Assembly (NCBI GenBank): GCA_963932905.1
Contig: CAWVRN010000029.1
Location: forward strand, 1-62,640
DNA from: an uncultured Bdellovibrio sp.
Lineage (GTDB): Bacteria; Bdellovibrionota; Bdellovibrionia; Bdellovibrionales; Bdellovibrionaceae
DNA length: 62,640 bases
Direction: 5' to 3'
Positions 49,242 to 59,825 of this stretch are shown one piece after another. A model generated the notes under the pieces. The model saw only the letters and a list, made by a program, of their open reading frames with translations, did no database searches and had not been told where the DNA came from. Positions within the stretch are counted from its first letter, which is position 1; each line of letters opens with the position of its first letter. Both the position numbers and the translations under genes were made by a program.

Positions 49242-49985
49242 CTAAGGTTTTTTTTGAGCGCTGATAGAATATTTATTTAGTAATTCTGCGTACTTTTTGG
49301 ATTTTCTAATTTTAGCTAAGCCTAAATTAAAACTGTCCCTTAATTTTGCGTTTTTGAACATGATGACATAGGACGTGGTCTTGAATAAATCATGAATAGA
49401 AATCTCTTCCTTTATGCCAGAGTCTTCTTTGAATTGTCTTTGATAGTGTTGAATAATCAAAATATCGCCTATGATAACGTCGACACGTTTTTTTAAAAGT
49501 TGCATAACTTGAAGTTTTTGTTCTGCCACTTCGACATAGTTCGAATTCGTGTTGGCCATAGATTCAAAGTCGGGTCCTAAAATTTTTTGCGCCGTTTGAA
49601 AGGCAGCCACCGAGTAGTTTGCCAAATCCGACGGTTTTTCAATTTTTAAATGACGATCTTTAAGGGAGGCAGCGACATTGTGATAGTCTATGTAGGGATC
49701 AGACGGATATCCATCTAAAGTTTTTTCGAGTTTGTTAGTGGCGCCGTCCACATCTCCAGACTTAAGCATTATTTCGCCGCGGTTGAGCGGAGCAAAGGTG
49801 GGTTTAAAATCAATGCCCACGGCTTTGAAAGCCTCGCGAATGATTTCGCACTCCAGCCCACTCTCGGTATCCGTAAAAATGTAAGGAGGCTTAGTCAGCC
49901 CCATTGCAATTTTGGCTTCGTTATTTTTTGCATGGCCAACGGCTAAACTCAGAAGGGTCAACAGGACTAAAAACAGTTTCATCAT
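49242..49985 (-). CDS. Periplasmic substrate-binding protein (family 3-like), orphan
   Basis: Signal peptide; PPYIF...GLECEI, RVDVIIGD, FNLGLAKI. Confidence 0.8.
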   Translation of the reverse strand: MMKLFLVLLTLLSLAVGHAKNNEAKIAMGLTKPPYIFTDTESGLECEIIREAFKAVGIDFKPTFAPLNRGEIMLKSGDVDGATNKLEKTLDGYPSDPYIDYHNVAASLKDRHLKIEKPSDLANYSVAAFQTAQKILGPDFESMANTNSNYVEVAEQKLQVMQLLKKRVDVIIGDILIIQHYQRQFKEDSGIKEEISIHDLFKTTSYVIMFKNAKLRDSFNLGLAKIRKSKKYAELLNKYSISAQKKP

Positions 49986-50056
49986 TAATTTACGGTAGCA
50001 ATCTATAGTCGGAAGGCAATCGAGGAAAACAGAAATAAGACAAATTGACAGTTTTT

Positions 50057-52612
50057 TTAGGACTTTTTCTGCCCATTTGTGTCTAAAGAAATGGAAATGA
50101 CGTTTTTAGCACGTTTCTTTGAGAGCCAATTCCAGAAACTAATAAATACGAAGACTAAAATAGAAATGGCTAGCGAGAATATAAATTCATGTATTTGCAG
50201 AGGGCCAAAGTGAAACAGGGTTCGTATTGTATGGAGCTGGGTGACCAGTAGCAGTCCGGATGCTACACCCACGATAACAAGTATATTTGGAATCTTTTTG
50301 AATATCATTCCGAGTTGGCGAAGGGAACCGCCACTCATGTCAGCGAAGATAAGGCCGATATTGCTCATGGCTAAAACGATGAAAGCAAAAGCCCTGGCTC
50401 TGTCTGGGGCATCACTATTGATATGGGTATCATACCAAAGCACTGCGGTGACAACTCCCAAAATTAAGACTCCCTGTAAAAAACTTCGCAACAGATCTTT
50501 GCCTGAAAAAAGTCGTGTGTTTAGGGACCTGGGTGGTATTTCCATAGCGCCGTCATCGGCAGTCTGCGATTCAAACATGAGTGAGCAGGCAGGATCAATA
50601 ATGAGCTCTAGAAAGACAATATGCACAGGTAGTAGAATCAGCGGCCAATTAAAAATAACAGGCAATATGGACAGCCCAGCAATGGGCACATGAATGGAAA
50701 CAATATAGCTCATGGCTTTTCTAATGTTATTGAAAATCAAACGGCCTCGCTCGATGCCGGAAACTATCGATGCAAAATTGTCATCAAGAAGAACTATGTC
50801 AGAGGCCTCTCTGGCAACATCAGTGCCTCTTGCTCCCATGGAAATGCCTATGTCAGCCCACTTAAGACTGGGAGCATCGTTGACTCCGTCTCCGGTCATT
50901 GCGACGACGTGACCCAAGTCTTTCAATAGTTTAACAATTCTAAGTTTCTGATCAGGAACCATGCGGGCAAAAACATGTGCGGATTTTAATCGCTCACTGA
51001 GTTCCTGATCTGATAATGATTTAAGTTCTGAGCCAGTAATCAAGGAATTCAGAGTGTCTATACCTGCTTGACCCGCAATTTTTAGAGCTGTCTCTGGATA
51101 ATCTCCGGTCATCATGATGACTCGAATTCCCGCTTTTCTGCACATTTGAACGGCGTTAGGAACTTCAGGGCGAAGGGGATCTTCTAAGCCTATTAAGCCC
51201 ATCCATTGAAACTCAAACTCATGTTGAGCAGCGGGTAGTTGATTCTTTGAGAATGAGGCTTTAGCAACCCCTAGGACTCTTAAGCCGCTCTTCGCCATTT
51301 CTTTTGTTGTCTCTAACACTTTTCGAGATTGAGTCGGATCAAGGTGACAAAGATCCACAATGGCTTCCGGTGCTCCTTTTGAAGCGATCACATAAGAGTC
51401 TGATTTTGGGTTTTTCCAAACACATGACATGGCAAGAAGTTTGTCCGAAAGGGCATAGTCACGAATGAGCTCCCAATCCTGATGAATATGATCCTTTCCC
51501 CATTTGTTTTCTTCGACCATTCTGCGAATGGCCTTTTCCATGGGATCGAACGGATCACGATGACTCGCCAGCACCCCAAGTTCGGCGACTTCATGAAATT
51601 CTTCAGGTAAATTTGGCGACGAGTTCGGATCTATGCTGATTGAGGAATGGGAGTTATTTAAGCTAGAGACTGTCATTCGATTTTCGGTTAAGGTGCCAGT
51701 CTTATCCACGCACAGTACTGTCACGGCACCTAGTCGTTCAATAGAGCCGGGGCGGCGAATCAGAACTTGAATTTTAGAAAGTCTCCAAGCCCCCATCGCT
51801 AAAAAAATAGTAAGTACGACTGGGAACTCCTCTGGCAGAAGTGCCATTTGCGTAGCCAAACCTACTAGAAAAGCTTGCATCCAATTTTGGTGAGACAAAC
51901 CATAAAGGACAATGACGCCAATGCAGATGAGTGCGCCGGACCATGCGAATAAACGCACGATCTGACGAATTTCTTTTGTAAGATTTAATTCTTCCGGTTC
52001 GATCTCTTGAAGACTTTTTCCAATTTTTCCAACTTCTGTGTCTACTCCTGTTTTTATCACCCGAAAAAATGCGGTCCCACTCACTACTAATGTGCTTGAA
52101 AAGACGTTGTCATTTAGGGACTTCTTGGCTGGGAATGACTCGCCAGTCAGAAGGGACTCGTCAATAGTCAGATTGGATGATTGCAGGATAGAGCCGTCAG
52201 CAGGGACTCTGTCGCCCTCATGGAGAGCCACAAGATCACCAGGAACCAGCTGATTGGCGGGAATTCTTTTCTCAATACCATTTCGAATCACTAAGGCGCG
52301 AGGACTGGATAGTTCCCTCAGTGCGGCTAAGGCTTTCTCTGATTTATGTTCTTGGTAAAATGATATTCCAATAACAACGAATACCGAGGCCCCCAGCATT
52401 ATCCCTTCGCCGAAATCGCCCATAATTAAATAGATAATTGCCGCAGCAATGAGAAGCAACAGCATAGGTTCTTTTAGCAGTTTAGAGCTTCGAACCCAAA
52501 AATTTTCTTTTTTGGATTGTGGTAATTCGTTGTGGCCCGTTCGAGTTAATCGGTCTGCCGCTTCTGAGTCACTTAGTCCTTTGAAAAGCAACTGATTCTT
52601 CATGTTAAACAT
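50057..52612 (-). CDS. P-type cation-translocating ATPase (type II, Ca2+-like)
   Basis: LTGES, PEEFP, DKTGTLT, KGAPE, MTGDY, TGDGVND. Confidence 0.95.
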   Translation of the reverse strand: MFNMKNQLLFKGLSDSEAADRLTRTGHNELPQSKKENFWVRSSKLLKEPMLLLLIAAAIIYLIMGDFGEGIMLGASVFVVIGISFYQEHKSEKALAALRELSSPRALVIRNGIEKRIPANQLVPGDLVALHEGDRVPADGSILQSSNLTIDESLLTGESFPAKKSLNDNVFSSTLVVSGTAFFRVIKTGVDTEVGKIGKSLQEIEPEELNLTKEIRQIVRLFAWSGALICIGVIVLYGLSHQNWMQAFLVGLATQMALLPEEFPVVLTIFLAMGAWRLSKIQVLIRRPGSIERLGAVTVLCVDKTGTLTENRMTVSSLNNSHSSISIDPNSSPNLPEEFHEVAELGVLASHRDPFDPMEKAIRRMVEENKWGKDHIHQDWELIRDYALSDKLLAMSCVWKNPKSDSYVIASKGAPEAIVDLCHLDPTQSRKVLETTKEMAKSGLRVLGVAKASFSKNQLPAAQHEFEFQWMGLIGLEDPLRPEVPNAVQMCRKAGIRVIMMTGDYPETALKIAGQAGIDTLNSLITGSELKSLSDQELSERLKSAHVFARMVPDQKLRIVKLLKDLGHVVAMTGDGVNDAPSLKWADIGISMGARGTDVAREASDIVLLDDNFASIVSGIERGRLIFNNIRKAMSYIVSIHVPIAGLSILPVIFNWPLILLPVHIVFLELIIDPACSLMFESQTADDGAMEIPPRSLNTRLFSGKDLLRSFLQGVLILGVVTAVLWYDTHINSDAPDRARAFAFIVLAMSNIGLIFADMSGGSLRQLGMIFKKIPNILVIVGVASGLLLVTQLHTIRTLFHFGPLQIHEFIFSLAISILVFVFISFWNWLSKKRAKNVISISLDTNGQKKS

Positions 52613-52630
52613 GGATGCAACCCGTTGCCG

Positions 52631-53107
52631 TCAATGGCCGTTGTCCAAAATTACATTCTGATCAATCGTTCCACGAACTTCGGGGTGTGAAATTTTACCG
52701 CCCAAATTGCTTGTTCGTCCTATCAATACTAGCGAAATAAAATTTAGAATCAATGTCGAGATTAACATCATTTTTGTAGTCGTCGTCTTCTTGCCGTATA
52801 TCCATAGGGTACCTGCCGCAGCCAAAGCCGTTAGTCCAATAAACCAAATCGCCAATTCGGCGGCTTCTTCGTGAGCCTCGACAAGTTTCTCTGAAAAGCC
52901 CGGAAGCTTTTCAATTATTTCCTCTGCGGGTTCTCCCGCGAGATAGGTAGGAACAGAAAGTAGTCCCGACACTAGAATAATGAACAAGCCTACTTTTGCG
53001 TAATTCTCATTGGATCGAAACAGTCCAAGGGCCAAAATAAAAAAAGAGAATGCCAATCCAACTAAGGGAAAATGATTCAGCACTAGGTGTATATGTGCTG
53101 CGTTCAT
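52631..53107 (-). CDS. Four-TM His-containing membrane protein (DUF2231-like)
   Basis: HIHLVLNHFP, AGEPAEE, VEAHEEAA, GGKISHPE; start MNAAH. Confidence 0.75.
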   Translation of the reverse strand: MNAAHIHLVLNHFPLVGLAFSFFILALGLFRSNENYAKVGLFIILVSGLLSVPTYLAGEPAEEIIEKLPGFSEKLVEAHEEAAELAIWFIGLTALAAAGTLWIYGKKTTTTKMMLISTLILNFISLVLIGRTSNLGGKISHPEVRGTIDQNVILDNGH

Positions 53108-53411
53108 GAGGCCATCTTTCTTAGCGTTACGATTTGATTGCCTAAAATTCCTGGGTTTTCCACAAAACTCTCCTAGTGCCGGTGTCGTTCCAAACGTGGA
53201 TACTGCACTAGCTCTGCCAGCTTCTCCCCACTTTAAACACAGTCTGGAAAGATTTTGAGACAAACTGTCATCAGTTGAATCCTTTTTGTCCCATCATGAA
53301 TGGTTTAAGCGATCACTCGATCATCTGTTGCAAGCATTAGAATGGCTTTGGTGAAGGTAGGTCGATCTGAGTGGTATATGGCTGGTGAGGCGGACCTTAA
53401 AAAGTAATTCC

Positions 53412-53485
53412 TTGACTAATTAGGACAGTTGTCCTATATTTCAATCAAACTAGGACAAGTGTCCTAGTTTGATTGAAATATAGGA
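53412..53485 (+). promoter_or_regulatory. Sigma70 promoter with two TetR-type operators inside a 54-bp palindrome
   Basis: TTGACT-N17-TATATT; TAGGAC-N4-GTCCTA at 53421-53436 and 53451-53466; perfect 26-bp arms 53432-53457/53460-53485. Confidence 0.85.
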
Positions 53486-53509
53486 TGCTGTAGGCAGGTA
53501 GGAGAATTC

Positions 53510-54583
53510 ATGTCTAAAAATATTTTCGAATCGTTTAAACTTGGTGATTTACCACTGGAAAATCGTATTATCATGGCCCCTATGACTCGAAACCGAGCCG
53601 AAAGAGATGGACTTGTTTCCAATATGATGGTGACGCATTATCAACAGCGATCTGGAGCCGGGCTTATTATCACGGAATCAGTTCCTGTATCAGAACAAGC
53701 CATTGGTTATCCGATGACTCCTGGCATTTATAATGAATCTCAAAGCAAAAGCTGGAAAAACCTGACGGATGTTGTTCACAAAGAAGGTTCTCATATTTTT
53801 ATTCAGCTTCAGCACTGTGGTCGCATTTCGCACCCAAGCATGCAGCCCAATGGGGAACTACCTGTCGCTCCATCCGCATTAAAAGCGCTAGGCCAGGCTG
53901 TGACGTATTCTGGTATGCAAGAGTTTGTGACTCCGCGAGCTCTGGAAACGACAGAGATACCGAATCTTGTCGAACAGTTTAAAAATAGCGCGACTTTGGC
54001 TAAGCAGGCTGGATTCGATGGAATTGAAATTCATGGTGCCAATGGGTATATCATAGATCAATTTCTTCGCGATGGAAGCAACCAGAGAAAGGATATTTAC
54101 GGCGGATCTGTTCAAAATCGGATGCGTTTATTAAATGAAATTCTCGATGCCGTCAGTTCTGTTTGGCCAACTCAAAGAATAGGCGTTCGCTTAACTCCTG
54201 AAAATAGTTTCAATTCGATGTCTGATTCTAATCCTCAATCACATTTTGAATATTTTGTGGAACAACTCGGTCTCCGCAAATTAGCCTACGTGCACGTACT
54301 TGAAGGAGACATGATGACAAAAATAAGTTCGGTTAATTATCGTTCTCTACGAGCTAAGTTTAGCGGAGCTTATATAGCAAACAACGGCTATGATCTTTCA
54401 CGTGCGAATGCGGCCATTCAAACGGGAGCTGCTGACTTAATCGCATTTGGTGTGCCATTTTTATCTAATCCTGATCTTGTTTATCGACTTAAGGAAGGTC
54501 TGCCGCTGAATCAAGTTGATCCTTCCACATTTTATGGTGGAGGTGAAAAAGGATATATTGATTATCCTTTTTATTCAAAGTGA
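53510..54583 (+). CDS. nemA: Old yellow enzyme alkene reductase (NemA-like)
   Basis: NRIIMAPMTR, QLQHCGR, EIHGANGY, FYGGGEKGYIDYP. Confidence 0.9.
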   Translation: MSKNIFESFKLGDLPLENRIIMAPMTRNRAERDGLVSNMMVTHYQQRSGAGLIITESVPVSEQAIGYPMTPGIYNESQSKSWKNLTDVVHKEGSHIFIQLQHCGRISHPSMQPNGELPVAPSALKALGQAVTYSGMQEFVTPRALETTEIPNLVEQFKNSATLAKQAGFDGIEIHGANGYIIDQFLRDGSNQRKDIYGGSVQNRMRLLNEILDAVSSVWPTQRIGVRLTPENSFNSMSDSNPQSHFEYFVEQLGLRKLAYVHVLEGDMMTKISSVNYRSLRAKFSGAYIANNGYDLSRANAAIQTGAADLIAFGVPFLSNPDLVYRLKEGLPLNQVDPSTFYGGGEKGYIDYPFYSK

Positions 54584-54615
54584 TCGGGAAATAAGACTTT
54601 TTAATAGAGGTGTAT

Positions 54616-55185
54616 ATGGCCATAGATAAATCAACTCGTGAGCACATCGTTGAATCGGCTGATCGACTTTTTTACCACAGAGGTTTTGAACATACGTCTT
54701 TTGCAGACATTGCAGATGAGGTAAAAATCTCTCGCGGAAATTTTTATCATCACTTTAAGTCCAAAGATGAAATTCTTGAGGCGGTCATAGAACTACGTCT
54801 CGATCGCACACAACAGATGTTAGATAGTTGGGAATCGGATGGTCAAAACCCGACAGAGCGGATTAGAAAATTTGTCCATATACTTATTATGAATCAGACG
54901 AAAATAAAACTCTACGGTTGCCCGGTAGGAACTCTGTGTACTGAGTTAGCTAAGTTGAACCACGTCTCTAAACCTCACGCGAATAAATTGATGACATTAT
55001 TCAGGACGTGGCTTGCTAAACAATTTATAGCGGCAGGACGCAAAAAAGATTCAGATGAATTGGCCATGCATCTTCTTGCCCGTAGCCAGGGAGTTGCGAC
55101 ATTAGTCAACACTTTTCATGATGAAAAGTTTGTTAAAAGCGAAGTCCGTCGTATGGAAGAATGGCTAACATCTCAAATTTCTTAA
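54616..55185 (+). CDS. TetR-family regulator (NemR-like)
   Basis: TetR HTH (GFEHTSFADIA...GNFYHHFKSK); GCPVGTL Cys motif. Confidence 0.9.
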   Translation: MAIDKSTREHIVESADRLFYHRGFEHTSFADIADEVKISRGNFYHHFKSKDEILEAVIELRLDRTQQMLDSWESDGQNPTERIRKFVHILIMNQTKIKLYGCPVGTLCTELAKLNHVSKPHANKLMTLFRTWLAKQFIAAGRKKDSDELAMHLLARSQGVATLVNTFHDEKFVKSEVRRMEEWLTSQIS

Positions 55186-55207
55186 ATATTTTTTTGGAGA
55201 ATGAATT

Positions 55208-55498
55208 ATGTTTGTTGTTTTGTTGAAGTTTTCTAGTCATCGCGATCAGGCGGGTAAGTTTATGGACGGGCATATGAAGTGGCTGAAGCAAGGATTCAAT
55301 GACGGAATATTTTTGCTTTCAGGAACCATTAAGCCGAGGTTGGGAGGCGCGATTATAGCGAATAATACATCTTTGAATGAACTTTCTAAGAGAGTGGATT
55401 CCGATCCATTCGTTATTGAAAAAATCGTAACGGCCGAGATTGTTGAAATTGAGCCCGGCAAAGCCGATCAGAGGTTCGATTTTCTCTTAAAGGGGTAA
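55208..55498 (+). CDS. YciI-family protein
   Basis: HMKWL...LLSG...GGAII...DPF. Confidence 0.85.
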   Translation: MFVVLLKFSSHRDQAGKFMDGHMKWLKQGFNDGIFLLSGTIKPRLGGAIIANNTSLNELSKRVDSDPFVIEKIVTAEIVEIEPGKADQRFDFLLKG

Positions 55499-55515
55499 AA
55501 CATAAGTAGGACTCA

Positions 55516-56063
55516 TCAGCTTCGTTTTCTAAACTCAGACGGAGAAAGTCCTACTTCTCGAATAAAAATTTTCCTAAATGATGAAACATCGCTAAGACCA
55601 ATTTTTTCAACAATTTCTTCGAGGCTAAATCTTTTTGTTCTCAGTAACCTTTTGGCTAGCTCAATTCGTTTTTGCTGAAGTAGTTGGTTAGGCGTCAGTC
55701 CACACTGTTCGACAACTTGCCTTTGAAAATTTCTTTGACTTGTATTCATTTGCTTTGCCATTTGAGAAACTTGAATTTTTCGATGGATATTTGCTTCAAT
55801 CCAGCTATATAGTTTTTTAAATCTAGGGTTGTTATCGTCTCTATCGAGTTCAGTACTTGAGTAGATGGATTGACTTTGTCGAGTTGTGTCCGCCAAAATT
55901 CTTTGTGCGACCGTCCTGGCGAGGTTCGTTCCAAAAGTTTTACCGACAATAGACAATGTTAAATCAACAAACGCTAAATATCCTCCGCTTGTTATTATTT
56001 TTTCGTTTTCAATCAGCATGGCGTTACTATCCCAATTGACTGAAGGGTAACGAAAATGAGCTG
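55516..56063 (-). pseudogene. 5'-truncated GlxA-family (DJ-1/PfpI plus AraC) regulator
   Basis: Frame begins mid-DJ-1 domain (RYPSVNWDSNAMLIENEKIITSGG) immediately after the previous stop codon; AraC HTH intact. Confidence 0.75.
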
Positions 56064-56064
56064 A

Positions 56065-56796
56065 TCAAAAAGCCGTCGCAATACATGCTTTACCGTTGAT
56101 AAACGTATGTAAGTGGCCTGTGTTTTCTAAAAAAGTAATTTGGACTTTGTTATTCTTGGTATTTAGCACAATTTTTAATGTACCCTTATTTGTTTGATCT
56201 CTGAAATGCTTGTTAAATTCTGAATCCATTTCATTTAGTGGGGACGTATTGGCTGCTGGATTTAATGCAGGTCTGCTAAAACGAGCTCCACTTGGAAATG
56301 CATATTCAAGTCTAGCAAATCCTAAATTGGGCCCAAAACTAACATAAAATTTTTTTTCATCACCGGGTAAATCTGAACTTAGAGGCGTACAATTTTTACT
56401 ATAAAAATCTTCTTCTTCAAATAGTCTTTTTTGAATACAAGGTTCTCTGTTAACAGCCTTACCATCCATACTGATAATTCCATTTTTAACTGTAACATTC
56501 ATTTTCTGATTCCCCAAATCGCTTTCGTAAGATTTCACAGGTTTTCCGTGTTTGAAACTTAAAATTAGATTTTTTAATTGATATGTATATCCTGTTGATC
56601 CAGGCAAAGATTCAGTGAGCCACGCTTCCTCATTTTTGCTTTTAAAAATATATTTGCTGCCTTTGACAAGGCCATTGACTTCACATTGAAACATTCCGGC
56701 TTGTGCATCTTCTGCCGCCTGAAGTGTTGCGTTGGCAAAAGCAAAACTATATTTAAAAGTTGAAATCGTGAGTATCGCTAGCAAAATGAATTTCAT
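56065..56796 (-). CDS. Hypothetical secreted protein
   Basis: Signal peptide MKFILLAILTISTFKYSFA; AT-rich. Confidence 0.65.
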   Translation of the reverse strand: MKFILLAILTISTFKYSFAFANATLQAAEDAQAGMFQCEVNGLVKGSKYIFKSKNEEAWLTESLPGSTGYTYQLKNLILSFKHGKPVKSYESDLGNQKMNVTVKNGIISMDGKAVNREPCIQKRLFEEEDFYSKNCTPLSSDLPGDEKKFYVSFGPNLGFARLEYAFPSGARFSRPALNPAANTSPLNEMDSEFNKHFRDQTNKGTLKIVLNTKNNKVQITFLENTGHLHTFINGKACIATAF

Positions 56797-57056
56797 AAAA
56801 AAGTCTTCTTCCTGTTTGTTTAAGTCCGTTGTTTGAATAGAGCTGAGTCGAGGGTAAATATAAAGCTTACTCAACTAAATAACAAAACTTCTTAAACAAA
56901 AAGAAGACTAAGCGGCGTAAGTAGCTAATTTTATGTTTGATTTGGCGTTAGTAACGATTCGCTGAGTAAATCTCTACAAAATGTTCATTAAATATTTGAG
57001 TGCCTGAGGGCATTCGGCTACAATTCACCCTGTTTAATTTTACTTAGAGGTTTTCT

Positions 57057-58529
57057 ATGAGTCTTTCTAATAAATCTATTTTTTTGTTATTAGGTTTTTA
57101 CTTGGCCAGTTCGGTGGGACTTGCATTAGACCACTCCAGGCCTAAAACATGTACATCTTTGAATGATTTCAGCGGTCTGAACGAAACCTGTGTTGCGGCC
57201 GTTGTAAAACCTTTAACAGAAGAAGAGTTTCGCCAAGCTCTTTTGGTAGCAAAAGAAAAGGGATTGAAAGTTTCAATGGCTGGCCAGCAACACAGCTTAG
57301 GTGGGCACTCATTGGTACGAAACGGGTTAGTCATCGATATAAAAAAATATAATAGGATTATTGGTTTTGATAGTCGCACCCATGAAATCACGGTTCAATC
57401 AGGGGCGACATGGAAAGACATTCAAACATTCTTGGATCCAAAAGGGTTTGCTGTCGATGTTATGCAAAATTTTAATTTCTTCACAGTAGCTGGCAGCTTA
57501 AGTGCCAATGCGGGCGGCCTAAATACACAATCTAGTTCCATTTCTTCAAATGTAGTGTCGATCAAAATCATGTTACACGATGGCCAAGTCGTTACAGCTA
57601 GCCGCCATCAAAATAGTGAGCTTTTTAGCGCCGTCCTTGGTGGCTATGGGCTGTTTGGGATAATCCTTGAAGCCACTTTGAAAGTTACGGATAACGTTCT
57701 TTATAAAACAAAAGTTTGGAGAATGAATTACAAACAGTTCCCCGAATTTTTTGAAAAAAATTTAGCTCAAAATCCAAATGGAATGTTTCAAAATTATATC
57801 TCGATTGCGCCAAAGTCTTTTATGCAAGAAATGGTTGTGATGACCTACGAAGCGCAATCAGAGGTTGCTGAGGTTCCCCAATTAAAAGAAAATAAAGTTG
57901 AAAAAGCTACCGCACCTGTTATCGGATGGCTTTTGAATAAAGGAAAAAGTGATTCCTTCTGGAAAAATATCGCTTGGTTTTTAGAATATCGAGTTTCGAC
58001 GTGGATTCTTCCTGAAACGACAACTCGAAATCAAGTCATGAGTGCGCAAATGCCACCGTTGGCAAAGCACAAAAACGGTGAAGCATTTATTCTGCAAGTT
58101 TATCAGATGCCAAAATCAGAATTCGTAAACTTCTTGGATCGCCTTCGTACGGTAGCGCAGAAACATCATGCACCGATTGTTACGGCATCAGTGCTTCATT
58201 TAAAAAACGATGAAACAGTTTTTTTAAGTGCAACAGCGGGCGAGGATAGATTCACCATCGTACTAGGATTAGTGCAAGAAATAGATCCCGAAGCGGAACA
58301 AAAGATGACTGCATTTCACCGCGAGATGATTGATGAGGCCATCAAGCTCAGAGGGGCAGCCTATTTGACTCATAGAATGTCCTATACTCCCACTCAATTG
58401 CGCCAAATGTACCCTCAGATCGATCAATTCTTTGCACTAAAAAGAAAATATGATCCCAATACAGTATTCAGTAACCATTTTTATGAAAAATATGGAATGA
58501 GTGAAGAGATTAAATTTCAGAGTTTGTGA
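57057..58529 (+). CDS. Secreted FAD-linked oxidoreductase (VAO/ALO family)
   Basis: AGQQHSLGG, VQSGATW, TVAGSLSANA, GGYGLFGII, KRKYDP...FSN. Confidence 0.88.
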   Translation: MSLSNKSIFLLLGFYLASSVGLALDHSRPKTCTSLNDFSGLNETCVAAVVKPLTEEEFRQALLVAKEKGLKVSMAGQQHSLGGHSLVRNGLVIDIKKYNRIIGFDSRTHEITVQSGATWKDIQTFLDPKGFAVDVMQNFNFFTVAGSLSANAGGLNTQSSSISSNVVSIKIMLHDGQVVTASRHQNSELFSAVLGGYGLFGIILEATLKVTDNVLYKTKVWRMNYKQFPEFFEKNLAQNPNGMFQNYISIAPKSFMQEMVVMTYEAQSEVAEVPQLKENKVEKATAPVIGWLLNKGKSDSFWKNIAWFLEYRVSTWILPETTTRNQVMSAQMPPLAKHKNGEAFILQVYQMPKSEFVNFLDRLRTVAQKHHAPIVTASVLHLKNDETVFLSATAGEDRFTIVLGLVQEIDPEAEQKMTAFHREMIDEAIKLRGAAYLTHRMSYTPTQLRQMYPQIDQFFALKRKYDPNTVFSNHFYEKYGMSEEIKFQSL

Positions 58530-58641
58530 GTGTTAGAAGTAGAACCGTAGAACCATTAGTAATTCCATTTTGTTTTTCTAGAGTTTGCAGGTCTATCTCT
58601 GGGGTGTAAGTGCATTCGTTTTAATAAAACGGTCCTTTTAG

Positions 58642-59394
58642 CTAATGGCAGAGGTTTTTAAATACCATTTTATATTCAGCCAAAGTGCTAAGACCGACCG
58701 ATTTTCTAAGCTCATCAACTTTTTCAGGGTTTTCAATCGGTAGCGGTTCCCATTGTCCAGGACCAACACATCGACCTTGGGTACCATATCGCTGAAGCTT
58801 TCTTTTGTTTGGGTCACCAAATGATGAAGCTACGCGATCATATAGATAGGCATAGTTTGAAGGCTTTGTTTCATTTAATGGCCACAACTTTTCTAATATT
58901 TTGAGTACATTTTCTTGGAACTCGTGATCCTGATCTGCATGTTGAACTAATAGCCAAGCTTGACTCTCGGTATTTGCTCCGAATTCACTTATTTTAAACC
59001 AAGTATAGATTTTAAGAAGTTCTTTGAGATCAGCGGTGTTTTCAGAATCGACAGTCGCAGACTTTAATGAAAATTGTTTATGAAATTCATTTTTTTCATC
59101 TGGGGTATATGAGCTATTCAACGGTGTGTCCCAAAATTTTCTCATGTATTGGTCAATTTTAACCATGTTGTCGATCTTATTTTTAACCCATGTTTTGTTA
59201 GTTGGTTCCTGTGGTTGTAGTAAAAAATCAGATTTCATTTTTAGAATATTTTTATCATAGGTTGTAAGGTCACGCTCAACACGTGGATATAGCATTGCTG
59301 AAGTAGTATTATAAATTAGAATAAATGAAAAAATAACTGCAAAAAAAATCTGTTTTGCTTTTGTTTTGTTCACGATATTCTGTTTCGGGGTCAT
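58642..59394 (-). CDS. DUF6624-like exported protein
   Basis: DQYMR, D.ENT, AWLLVQHAD, YAYLYDRV, QRYGTQ, VDELRKSVGL. Confidence 0.8.
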   Translation of the reverse strand: MTPKQNIVNKTKAKQIFFAVIFSFILIYNTTSAMLYPRVERDLTTYDKNILKMKSDFLLQPQEPTNKTWVKNKIDNMVKIDQYMRKFWDTPLNSSYTPDEKNEFHKQFSLKSATVDSENTADLKELLKIYTWFKISEFGANTESQAWLLVQHADQDHEFQENVLKILEKLWPLNETKPSNYAYLYDRVASSFGDPNKRKLQRYGTQGRCVGPGQWEPLPIENPEKVDELRKSVGLSTLAEYKMVFKNLCH

Positions 59395-59749
59395 TTAGAG
59401 AGTATATCTTTATCATCTTAATTTTGAAACGCCGAACTAGATTTTCGCATAGCCTTATTTTGAGATTTAACTAAAATGTATACAGGTGTTAAGTTGATCG
59501 ATCAGCATATTGAGCTTTCGATCAAAGGTTTAGTTTTAAAGTCCGACTTCGGGTCAGACATTCAAATAAAAATCGAAAAATCTATCGAACTAGAACCGAT
59601 ACTTAGAATTTTTTGAGGAAAAGTCAGAGAAAAAATTGGGGTGATGTTAGGGAATTGAGCAATTTCAATTACTTAGGTGTTTTTTTGGGTCTAAAGAAGG
59701 ATCAAACAGTCGATTATTTTTCCCTTAAGTCGAATATAACCCTTCCGAT

Positions 59750-59802
59750 ATTAATAAAGTGGGAAGTTCCCACTTTATTAATTGGCCCACTTAGGGTATA
59801 AT
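59750..59802 (+). promoter_or_regulatory. Palindromic operator and -10 of the TA operon
   Basis: Perfect 16-bp arms ATTAATAAAGTGGGAA-G-TTCCCACTTTATTAAT; extra CCCACTT half-site; TATAAT at 59797-59802. Confidence 0.75.
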
Positions 59803-59825
59803 AAGTTATTACGGGGGCATAACAT

